Positions 52,213 through 59,687 of a DNA stretch of 64,000 nt are shown here, one piece after another. The position numbers were made by a program, and so were the translations under genes. Every line of letters starts with the position of its first letter. The first letter of the stretch is position 1. Origin of the DNA: Solirubrobacterales bacterium (GTDB taxonomy: Bacteria; Actinomycetota; Thermoleophilia; Solirubrobacterales; 70-9); the NCBI GenBank assembly GCA_045805825.1, contig JBJMKM010000099.1, positions 882 through 64,881 of the forward strand. The letters run 5' to 3'. Under the pieces are notes generated by a model. That model saw only the letters and a program-made list of their open reading frames with translations. It was not told the DNA's origin and did not search any database.

Positions 52213-53442
52213 TCAGCCATCGCTCAGAACCCAGGTGTCCTTCGCACCGCCCCCCTGGGACGAGTTCACGATCATCGACTCGGGGTCCGGCGCGAAGCGC
52301 GTGAGCCCTCCAGGCACGATGCGAAAGCCCTCCGAGGTGGCATAGGCGAACGGGCGCAGGTCGATCCGCCGCGGTTCAAGGCGCTCGCCGCTCAGACATG
52401 GATGGGTCGACATCGAGATGCGCTCCTGGATCACGAGGTCCTCCGGGCTGCGACGGATCTCCTCCTCGGCCTCGATGGTCTCCGGCGGGTCGGCCTCCCC
52501 GACGATCAGGACTCCCTCTCCCCCCGATTCGAAGCGCGGCTTTACGACAAGCTCATCCAGACGTTCGAGCGCCTCATCGCGCTGCTCGGGGACGCACGGG
52601 TCATAGGTCGGGATCGCTCGCAGGAGCGGATCCTCGTCGAGGTAGAAGCGGATCATCTTCTCGGTGTAGGCATAGCTCAGCTTGTCATCGCCGACTCCCG
52701 CTCCGAACGCGTTGACGACCGCCAGCGTCCCCGCCCGAAGCGGCTCCACGGTCAGCTCGCCGAGCGGGGTCAAAGATCCGTCATCAGCCCTGAGCCGCGG
52801 ATCGTCGGTGCGCCGGTAGAGCACGTCCACCGGCTCGCGCCCACCGTCACCGCGCAGCCATAGCCGGCCGGCGGCGGTCTCCAGGCGGTCGAGGGTCACG
52901 GCGGTGGCGCCGACCGCCGCTGCCAGGGTCCGGTGCTCCCACCAAGCGGTGCTCGACTCGCCGTCGCTCGCGACCACGATGCGCGGCTCGTGGACCCCGG
53001 CCGGGGCGGCGTGGCGAAGCGTGTCGGCGAGCAGCCCAGGCGTCTCGTCCACCGGGCGCGGCGCCAGACCGTCGCCATGGATCTCCTCCCACACCGCCTC
53101 GCGCGCGGCCAACACGTAGGCGGCGCCGGAGGGAGTCCGCAGGTTGTCCTCGAGCACGACCATCTCGCCGTCCGCGCGCCGCGCGAGGTCGAAGCCGACG
53201 ACGTGAACGCGCGGCCGCACGGGGAACTCGAGCGCAGCTGACTCATAGGTCGGCCCGCCGCGCAGCACCCGCTCGGGCACGATGCCCTCGGCGAAGATGC
53301 GCAGGTCGCCATAGGCGTCGCGGACGAATGCGTCAAGCGCGCGGGCCCGCTGGACCAGCCCGGCCTCCACGCGCGCCCACTCCGCGCCATCGATCAAGCG
53401 CGGCAGAGCGTCGAGGACGAAAGGCTCGCCGTCGAAGACCAC
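52213..53442 (-). CDS. Circularly permuted type-2 ATP-grasp protein (COG2308-like); family-like sequence continues upstream to 53616 without a canonical start
   Basis: FVLDALPRLIDGAEW..VE.GL.QRARALDAF..D.YG......G..P...V and RTPSGAAYVL match the family. See the finding on the 58 in-frame upstream codons. Confidence 0.7.
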   Translation of the reverse strand: MVFDGEPFVLDALPRLIDGAEWARVEAGLVQRARALDAFVRDAYGDLRIFAEGIVPERVLRGGPTYESAALEFPVRPRVHVVGFDLARRADGEMVVLEDNLRTPSGAAYVLAAREAVWEEIHGDGLAPRPVDETPGLLADTLRHAAPAGVHEPRIVVASDGESSTAWWEHRTLAAAVGATAVTLDRLETAAGRLWLRGDGGREPVDVLYRRTDDPRLRADDGSLTPLGELTVEPLRAGTLAVVNAFGAGVGDDKLSYAYTEKMIRFYLDEDPLLRAIPTYDPCVPEQRDEALERLDELVVKPRFESGGEGVLIVGEADPPETIEAEEEIRRSPEDLVIQERISMSTHPCLSGERLEPRRIDLRPFAYATSEGFRIVPGGLTRFAPDPESMIVNSSQGGGAKDTWVLSDG

Positions 53443-53655
53443 CTTCTCGCGCCGCGCACATTCCGCGACGGCCTGGCCCAGTTCGGCGGGACTGCGACGC
53501 TCCAGATAGTGCAGCAGTGGCTCGTAGAGAGGGCGCGCGGCCCCATCGGCGTCGAAAGCCTCGTCGGGCGCGTCCGCGAGCGGCTCATATGCATCGGTCC
53601 AGGTGATGCCGGGCGTCTACCCGGTCCGCGGTCCACTCATCCGAGGCTGCATAGG

Positions 53656-54711
53656 ATGCGCAGCGTGCGGATAGGCGCAATCCCGGAGAACCCGATCGAG
53701 GCCGTCGTCGCCCGCCTGAACATCGCGCCGCGGCCGCTTCTCGAGACCCAGATGGCCTACACGCTTGCCCGGCTCGTCATGGTGGGCGTCAAGCTCGGCG
53801 TCTTCGACGCGCTCGCCGACGGCGACGCGACGGCCGAGGAGGTCGCGCGCCGCTGCGACACCGACCCCCGGGCGACCGAGAAGCTCCTGTTCGCACTGGC
53901 CGGCGCCAGGTACCTCAAGGCCACCGGGGCAAGCTACGGCCTGACCCCCCTCTCGCGAAAGTGGCTGCTAAGCGGCAGCGAGCACTCACTCGCCGACAAG
54001 CTCCTCCTCCAGTTCCTCGAGTGGGAGTGGATGGAGCGCTCCGAGGAGTACGTGCGCACCGGCGAGCCGCTCGAGTTGCACGAGATACTCGAGGAGGACC
54101 AGTGGGACTCCTACCAGCGTGGAATGCGCTCGATGGCGCGGGCGTTCTCGGACGAGGCGACCCGGCGCATGCCGGTTCCGGACCGGGCCCGCGAAATGCT
54201 CGACATCGGCGGCTCCCACGGCTACTACTCGGTTGCGCTCTGCCGCCGGCACGAGGGCCTCAAGGCGGTCGTGCTCGATCTGCCGGAGGCGGTCAAGCAG
54301 GCGGCGCCGCTCCTCGCGGAGGAGGGCATGGGCGATCGGGTCGTTCACCGCGCTGGCGACGCGCTGAGCGACGACCTCGGCGAGAACTCATATGACCTCG
54401 TGGTCATCTCACAGCTCGTCCACCACTTCTCCGCCGAGCAGAACCGCGAGCTCTCGGTGCGAGTGGCGCGGGCGCTTCGCCCCGGCGGCATCTACGGGAT
54501 CGTCGACGCCTTCCGTCCCGCCTCGCCGAAGGACGCCGGACAGGTGGGCGCGCTGCTCGACTTCTACTTCGCGCTCACTAGCCAGTCGGGCACGTGGTCG
54601 CCCGACGAGATGGCCGCGTGGCAGCGGGCAGCGGGCCTCGAGCCACGCAAGCCGATTCGCTTCCGAACGGTCCCGGGCGCCGGCATCCAGGCCGCGTTGA
54701 AACCGGGCTGA
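53656..54711 (+). CDS. SAM-dependent O-methyltransferase (Methyltransf_2 type with dimerisation domain)
   Basis: ATG 53656. N-terminal wHTH-like dimerisation region (GVFDALADGDATAEEVARRCDTDPRATEKLL.AL). SAM motif LDIGGSHGYYSVAL and VISQLVHHF. Confidence 0.8.
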   Translation: MRSVRIGAIPENPIEAVVARLNIAPRPLLETQMAYTLARLVMVGVKLGVFDALADGDATAEEVARRCDTDPRATEKLLFALAGARYLKATGASYGLTPLSRKWLLSGSEHSLADKLLLQFLEWEWMERSEEYVRTGEPLELHEILEEDQWDSYQRGMRSMARAFSDEATRRMPVPDRAREMLDIGGSHGYYSVALCRRHEGLKAVVLDLPEAVKQAAPLLAEEGMGDRVVHRAGDALSDDLGENSYDLVVISQLVHHFSAEQNRELSVRVARALRPGGIYGIVDAFRPASPKDAGQVGALLDFYFALTSQSGTWSPDEMAAWQRAAGLEPRKPIRFRTVPGAGIQAALKPG

Positions 54712-54791
54712 ACGGCGGCGCGGGTTGCCGCGAGTAACTTGTTGTTGGCTGGGAACCGGTGGGAGACGCGTAAGTGACTGATGGAGGCAAG

Positions 54792-55772
54792 ATGACTGCG
54801 GAGGCGACGTCGGACCGTCCCACGGCGGACGGGCTCGAACCCGCGAAGCACGAGGTCCTGACGAAGGCGGCGATCATCGCCTTCACGGTGATCCCCTTCC
54901 TGGCGGTGGGGGTCGCCGCGTGGCGGGCGTGGAACGGCCTCCTGTCGTGGACGGATCTGGTGGCGTTCGCGCTCTTTTACGCCGTGACGATCCTCGGCGT
55001 CACCGTCGGGTTTCACCGCCTCTTCACCCATCGCAGCTTCCGCGCCCACGGCGTGGTTCGCGGCACGTTCGCGGCGCTGGGCTCGATGGCCGTTGAGGGC
55101 TCGGTCATCGCGTGGGTCTCAAATCACCGAAAGCACCATGCCTTCGCGGATCGCGAGGGCGACCCCCACAGCCCTCACCTGGCCGATGAGGAGGGCCTGC
55201 GCGGTGCGGTGCGCGGCCTCGTTCACGCTCATTTCGGCTGGCTGATCTCGCACGGGCAGCGCGCGGCGCCGCGCCGGTTCGCGCGCGACCTGCTCGCCGA
55301 TCCGCTCGTACGGGCGATCGACAAAACGTTCATCTTGTGGATCGCGCTCAGCCTCGCGCTCCCTTTCGCGTTCGGGTGGGTGGTGGGCGGGACGCTTGAC
55401 GCCGCTCTCACCGCGCTGCTGTGGGGAGGCGCGGTGCGGATCTTCTTCCTGCATCACATGACCTACAGCATCAACTCGCTGTGCCATTTCTTTGGCCGGC
55501 GACCGTTCGCGACCGCGGATGAGTCACGCAACCTCGCCTGGCTTGCGATTCCCACGTTCGGAGAGGCCTGGCACAACAACCACCACGCCTTCCCGCGTTC
55601 CGCCATGCACGGGCACAGGGTGTGGCAGATCGATCCGGGTGGGATCGTGATCCGGGCCCTCGAGCGCGTCGGTTTGGTGTGGGATGTCGTGCGGGTGCCG
55701 CGCGAGGACCAGCGGAAGGCGACTCAGCTCGCGAGGCCGGCCGCCCGCAGCGCCTCCGCACGGTCCATATAG
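54792..55772 (+). CDS. Membrane acyl-CoA (stearoyl-CoA delta-9-like) fatty acid desaturase
   Basis: ATG 54792 preceded by GGAGG. Three His boxes: HRLFTHRSF, HRKHHAFAD, HNNHHAFP. Confidence 0.85.
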   Translation: MTAEATSDRPTADGLEPAKHEVLTKAAIIAFTVIPFLAVGVAAWRAWNGLLSWTDLVAFALFYAVTILGVTVGFHRLFTHRSFRAHGVVRGTFAALGSMAVEGSVIAWVSNHRKHHAFADREGDPHSPHLADEEGLRGAVRGLVHAHFGWLISHGQRAAPRRFARDLLADPLVRAIDKTFILWIALSLALPFAFGWVVGGTLDAALTALLWGGAVRIFFLHHMTYSINSLCHFFGRRPFATADESRNLAWLAIPTFGEAWHNNHHAFPRSAMHGHRVWQIDPGGIVIRALERVGLVWDVVRVPREDQRKATQLARPAARSASARSI

Positions 55773-56125
55773 CCGCGCAGCTCGGCGATCTTCCCATCGC
55801 GGATCTTGAAGATCGCGGCCGTCTCGGTTTCGATCTCGACCTCGCTCCTGGGGCTGCGCGCCTTCTCGCGCCAGAAGACCACGATCAGGTCGCCCGACTC
55901 AACGATCCGCTCCGGCTCGTACCGGATGGCCGCCCATGTGTCGCCGACATCGTTCCAGTAGTCGAGGACGGTCGGCAGTCCACGGAACACGCGGTCTTGA
56001 TCGATCCCGCCGCGGGTCCCATGCTGAACCACGTCCGGATCAAGGAGATCGGTGGCCCGTTCGAGGTCGCCGGTGTTCAGCGCATCGCAGAACTCACGGA
56101 TCAGCTCGTCAGCGCTCTGGCTCAT
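55724..56125 (-). CDS. SnoaL-like / NTF2 family protein (third paralog)
   Basis: ATG 56125, 8 nt after the TetR stop. ...ELRGYMDRAEALRAAGL C-terminus as in the other two paralogs. The 3' end overlaps the convergent desaturase by 49 nt. Confidence 0.7.
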   Translation of the reverse strand: MSQSADELIREFCDALNTGDLERATDLLDPDVVQHGTRGGIDQDRVFRGLPTVLDYWNDVGDTWAAIRYEPERIVESGDLIVVFWREKARSPRSEVEIETETAAIFKIRDGKIAELRGYMDRAEALRAAGLAS

Positions 56126-56133
56126 GAGCCGGA

Positions 56134-56754
56134 TTATGTGAGCTTTCCGGTGAGATAGCGCTGGAGCGTCGGGCCGACCCAGTCCACCACGTCTCTCGGC
56201 TTCGCCGAAGCCAGCGGCTCGATCCGGGCGAGGTAGCGGGTGAAGCCAAGGCCGGACATCTGCGAGGCGCAAAGGCTTGCCCGCAGGTCGGCGCGGTCGG
56301 AGCCAAGGCGCTCCGTCAACGGAGCGAACAGCCGCTCCCGAAGGAACTTCCCGACCATCTCGGCCGCCTGGGGCTCGATCATCCCTGCACGAATGAGCAT
56401 GAGCACCGGGTTTCGGGTGCCCTCCTCGTCCCATGTCTTCACGACGAGGTCAGCGAGGTGCCTGCCCACGTGAGGCTTGCCGTCGATCAGCAGCCGTGGC
56501 ATCTCGACCTCAGGGTCGAACGGCCAATCCACCGCCTGCGATAGGAGCGTCGCCTTGTTGGCGAAGAAGTGGACGACCAGGGCGGCGTCCACCCCGGCCT
56601 CCGCCGCGATCGCTCGCATCGTCGCGCCGGTGTAGCCGCGCTCTGCGAAGAGCTTGCGCGCCGCGGCGAGGATGTCGTCGCGGCTTGAACTGGTGCCGGG
56701 GCGCCTGCCCGTGCGCGGTGTCCGAGTGGATCTGGGCATCGGGCGGCTGGTCAT
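56134..56754 (-). CDS. TetR/AcrR family transcriptional regulator
   Basis: HTH SRDDILAAARKLFAERGYTGATMRAIAAEAGVDAALVVHFF. I prefer ATG 56754 over the TTG at 56781. Confidence 0.85.
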   Translation of the reverse strand: MTSRPMPRSTRTPRTGRRPGTSSSRDDILAAARKLFAERGYTGATMRAIAAEAGVDAALVVHFFANKATLLSQAVDWPFDPEVEMPRLLIDGKPHVGRHLADLVVKTWDEEGTRNPVLMLIRAGMIEPQAAEMVGKFLRERLFAPLTERLGSDRADLRASLCASQMSGLGFTRYLARIEPLASAKPRDVVDWVGPTLQRYLTGKLT

Positions 56755-56764
56755 CGAAATTACC

Positions 56765-56818
56765 TTGACACTTAAATTCAACGTTGTAAAGTCAACAACG
56801 TTAAATCAACGCTGTTGA
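56765..56818 (+). promoter_or_regulatory. Near-consensus sigma-70-type promoter overlapped by palindromic candidate TetR operators
   Basis: TTGACA (56765-56770), 16 nt, TAAAGT (56787-56792). Palindromes CAACGTTG (56779-56786), AACGTT (56797-56802) and TCAAC-GCT-GTTGA (56806-56818) sit in a strikingly AT-rich spacer. Confidence 0.5.
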
Positions 56819-56936
56819 GCATAGTGCCCAAGGAGGATGAACACGCCGATCACGCGGTCGGTCGTGGGTGGCGCGAACGCAAAGGCACTGCGCCGGCTGG
56901 CGGGCGTACTCGCCGATCGAACGAAGGAGGAGCACG

Positions 56937-57878
56937 ATGAAGGTCTTCGTTGCAGGCGGAACGGGAGCGATCGGCAGCCAGCTCGTGCCACAGCTGGTCG
57001 GCGCGGGGCACCAGGTTGTCGCCACTACGCGCTCGGCGAAGAGCGCGGACGTCATCCGTGGGGCCGGCGCTGAGGCGGCGATCGTCGACGGGCTGGACGA
57101 GCCCGGGATGGTGGAGGCCGTCAAGAGCGCGCGGCCCGAGGTGGTCATTCACCAGATGACGGCCCTCGCCGGCAAGCCGGATTTCCGCCACTTCGACCGC
57201 TGGTTCGCGACCACGAACGAGCTGCGCACCCGCGGCACGGACTACCTGATCCGCGCGGCCCAGGAAGCCGGTGCGCGCCGGCTGATCGTCCAAAGCTACA
57301 GCGGGTGGCCGAACATCCGCGAAGGCGGCCCGGTCAAGACCGAGGAGGACCCCCTCGACCCGGACCCACCCAAGTGGCAACGCGAGTCGATGGCGGGAAT
57401 CCGCCACATCGAGAGGGTCGTGCCTGCCGCCGAGGGCCTGGAGGGCGTGGTGCTGCGTTACGGCGGCCTGTACGGACCGAACACCGGCATGACGTCGAGC
57501 GAGGGGATCGAGCTACTCCGCAAGCGACAGTTCCCAATCGTGGGTGACGGCTCCGGCGTGTGGTCGTTCATCAACACGCGAGACGCCGCATCCGCCACGG
57601 TGGCCGCGCTCGACCATGGCGCGCCCGGCATCTACAACGTCGTCGACGACGATCCCGCGCCGGCGAGGGAGTGGCTGCCCTACCTGGCCGAGGTGATCGG
57701 AGCGACGCCACCCTGTCGGGTGCCGGTCTGGCTCGGGCGCATCCTGGCCGGCGAAGTCCCGGTGTCGATGATGACCCGGATCCGAGGCTCCTCGAACGCA
57801 AAGGCAAAGCGCGAGCTGGACTGGACACCGCGCTACGCAAGCTGGCGCGAGGGCTTCAAGGCGGAAGTAGGCGCCTGA
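56937..57878 (+). CDS. NAD-dependent epimerase/dehydratase family protein
   Basis: ATG 56937 preceded by GAAGGAGGAG. MKVFVAGGTGAIGSQLVPQLVGAGHQV Rossmann N-terminus; 313 aa. Confidence 0.8.
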   Translation: MKVFVAGGTGAIGSQLVPQLVGAGHQVVATTRSAKSADVIRGAGAEAAIVDGLDEPGMVEAVKSARPEVVIHQMTALAGKPDFRHFDRWFATTNELRTRGTDYLIRAAQEAGARRLIVQSYSGWPNIREGGPVKTEEDPLDPDPPKWQRESMAGIRHIERVVPAAEGLEGVVLRYGGLYGPNTGMTSSEGIELLRKRQFPIVGDGSGVWSFINTRDAASATVAALDHGAPGIYNVVDDDPAPAREWLPYLAEVIGATPPCRVPVWLGRILAGEVPVSMMTRIRGSSNAKAKRELDWTPRYASWREGFKAEVGA

Positions 57879-57895
57879 AGGGGGGGCGCCTCCGT

Positions 57896-57942
57896 CGAGT
57901 GTGTGTTTGAACCGCATATATCGGCTCAATCACTCACTCGAT
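57896..57942 (+). repeat. Direct repeat, left copy, flanking the DUF559 gene
   Basis: CGAGTGTGTGTTTGAACCGCATATATCGGCTCAATCACTCACTCGAT. The last 31 nt are identical to 58866-58896. Confidence 0.9.
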
Positions 57943-58856
57943 GGGTAGATCATGTAATCGCGGCTCTTGCGACGCGTCAGCACGGTGTCGTAGCTCGACA
58001 TCAGCTGCTTGCCGCCGGGGTTAGTCGCCATCAGATCGGGTTGCGACTCCGCAGCGGCCGCCTCCACGAGATTCACCGCGGCGTCTATCTCGTCGGCCAC
58101 AAGGTGCCGCCCCCGCTCGCGATGGAGCAAGCGGCACTGCTCGCGTGTGGCGAGCATGCCGTACTGAGCCACCGAAGCGCGGCGGATCTGTGGAACTTGC
58201 TCCCCTACCCAGCCTCGGCCCCGGCCTGGGTGACCGTTCCGCCGGGACGGAGCCCGGAACGGCCCCGTATCGAGATCCGTCGGGCAAATCTTCGGCGCCG
58301 AGACATCCGCAGCCGCCACGGGCTGAGACTGACGAGCCCGCCGCGAACGATCCTCGATCTCTCGCTCCTTCTCGATGAGGAGGAGTTGGAGCATCTCGTC
58401 GCCGAAGCGGAGTTTCGAAAGCTTGCGTCCCAATCCGAGCTTAGGGCTCAATTGGACGGCAACGAGGGCAAACGCGGCGTGGCGAAGCTGCGTCGCGTCC
58501 TCGATCTACCCGGCGGTCCCAAGCGGACGCGTTCGCCCGGCGCGGGGGCAATGCTTCGATTGCTTCGGCGCGCGGGCATGACCGGCTTCGAGACGAACGC
58601 CCGGATCCACGGCTACGAGGTCGATTTCCTGTGGCGAGACATCGGCGTCGCCGTTGAGTTCGATGGCTGGGACGGTCATTCCGGGCGGATCGCGTTCGAG
58701 CGAGATCGCTTGAAGATCGCGAAGCTCAGTGCGAACGGCTTAACCGTCATCCCCGTCACGGGAAGGCAGTTGCGCGACGATCCGAACGGAGTGATCGAAA
58801 GACTCGAGCGTGCCTTGGTCGCCGCGAGTCGGGCAACCTGTTTGTTCGCCGAGTGA
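57903..58856 (+). CDS. AbiEi_4-like wHTH + DUF559 (Vsr/restriction-endonuclease-like) domain protein
   Basis: ALATRQHGVVARHQLLAAGVSRHQI..RLRSGRLHEIHRGVY at the N-terminus. C-terminal GYEVDFLWRDIGVAVEFDGWDGH......DR....L...G..V. matches DUF559. The only in-frame start is GTG 57903. Confidence 0.8.
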   Translation: MFEPHISAQSLTRWVDHVIAALATRQHGVVARHQLLAAGVSRHQIGLRLRSGRLHEIHRGVYLVGHKVPPPLAMEQAALLACGEHAVLSHRSAADLWNLLPYPASAPAWVTVPPGRSPERPRIEIRRANLRRRDIRSRHGLRLTSPPRTILDLSLLLDEEELEHLVAEAEFRKLASQSELRAQLDGNEGKRGVAKLRRVLDLPGGPKRTRSPGAGAMLRLLRRAGMTGFETNARIHGYEVDFLWRDIGVAVEFDGWDGHSGRIAFERDRLKIAKLSANGLTVIPVTGRQLRDDPNGVIERLERALVAASRATCLFAE

Positions 58857-58896
58857 GGGTTTCGGCCGCATATATCGGCTCAATCACTCACTCGAT
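58850..58896 (+). repeat. Direct repeat, right copy, flanking the DUF559 gene
   Basis: CGAGTGAGGGTTTCGGCCGCATATATCGGCTCAATCACTCACTCGAT, 954 nt downstream of the left copy. Confidence 0.9.
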
Positions 58897-58943
58897 TGGA
58901 ATCGGCCGGGTGGCGGGCCGCCCAGGGATCTAGGCTCCCCGGA

Positions 58944-59687
58944 ATGCTGGGGCTTCCCGACGGCGTCAATACCTGCCTCTTCGACCTCGACGGCGTGCTC
59001 ACGCAGACCGCCAAGGTCCACGCGGCGGCCTGGAAGCAGATGTTCGACGAGTACCTCAAGCAGCGCGCGGAACGCACGGGCGAGGAGTTCGTTCCGTTCG
59101 ACGCGCGCAAGGACTACGACACCTACGTCGACGGCAAGCCCCGCTACGAAGGCGTCCAGTCGTTCCTCGAGTCGCGCGGGATCGACCTGCCGCGAGGTAA
59201 GCCCTCGGATCCGCCGGACGCAGAGACGGTAGATGGACTTGGGAACCGAAAAAATGCGCTCGTCCTGGACCTGATCCACGAGCACGGTGTTGAGCCTTAT
59301 GAGGGCTCGGTGCGCTACCTGCACGCCGCGCGCGACGCGGGCCTTCGCCGCGCTGTCGTCTCGTCATCGACCAACTGCCAGGACGTGCTGCGCGCGGCGG
59401 GAATCGAGGATTTGCTGGAGGTGCGGATGGACGGGGTCGTCGCCGAGCGGGAGCACATCAAGGGAAAGCCCGCGCCCGACACCTACCTGAAGGCGGCGGA
59501 GATGCTCGGCTCCGAGCCCAAGCAGTGCGCGGTCTTCGAGGATGCGCTGGCGGGCGTGGAATCCGGGCGCGCGGGAAACTTCGGCTGGGTGGTGGGCGTC
59601 GACCGCGTCGGCCAGGCCGAGGCGCTGAAGCAGCACGGCGCAACCATCGTCGTGAAGGACTTGGGCGAACTCCTGGACGAGACATGA
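58944..59687 (+). CDS. pgmB: Beta-phosphoglucomutase family HAD hydrolase
   Basis: ATG 58944. HAD motif I CLFDLDGVLT, ...VVSSS.N, ...KGKPAPD..L.AA..LG......VFEDA.AG. The stop overlaps the GH65 start (ATGA). Confidence 0.8.
   Translation: MLGLPDGVNTCLFDLDGVLTQTAKVHAAAWKQMFDEYLKQRAERTGEEFVPFDARKDYDTYVDGKPRYEGVQSFLESRGIDLPRGKPSDPPDAETVDGLGNRKNALVLDLIHEHGVEPYEGSVRYLHAARDAGLRRAVVSSSTNCQDVLRAAGIEDLLEVRMDGVVAEREHIKGKPAPDTYLKAAEMLGSEPKQCAVFEDALAGVESGRAGNFGWVVGVDRVGQAEALKQHGATIVVKDLGELLDET

Noticed and set aside
55724-55772. 49-nt overlap of the 3' ends of the desaturase and the convergent SnoaL-like gene.
   Set aside because: Both reading frames have family-typical C-termini up to their stops, and convergent overlaps occur in compact high-GC genomes. 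There is no evidence of a frameshift or special function.
56837-57073. 78-aa ORF starting at the ATG that abuts AAGGAGG upstream of the epimerase gene.
   Set aside because: There is no spacer between the SD-like sequence and the ATG. The ORF overlaps the epimerase gene by 137 nt in another frame, and after the epimerase start its codon pattern is non-coding-like. It is kept only as a possible short regulatory uORF within the control-region finding.
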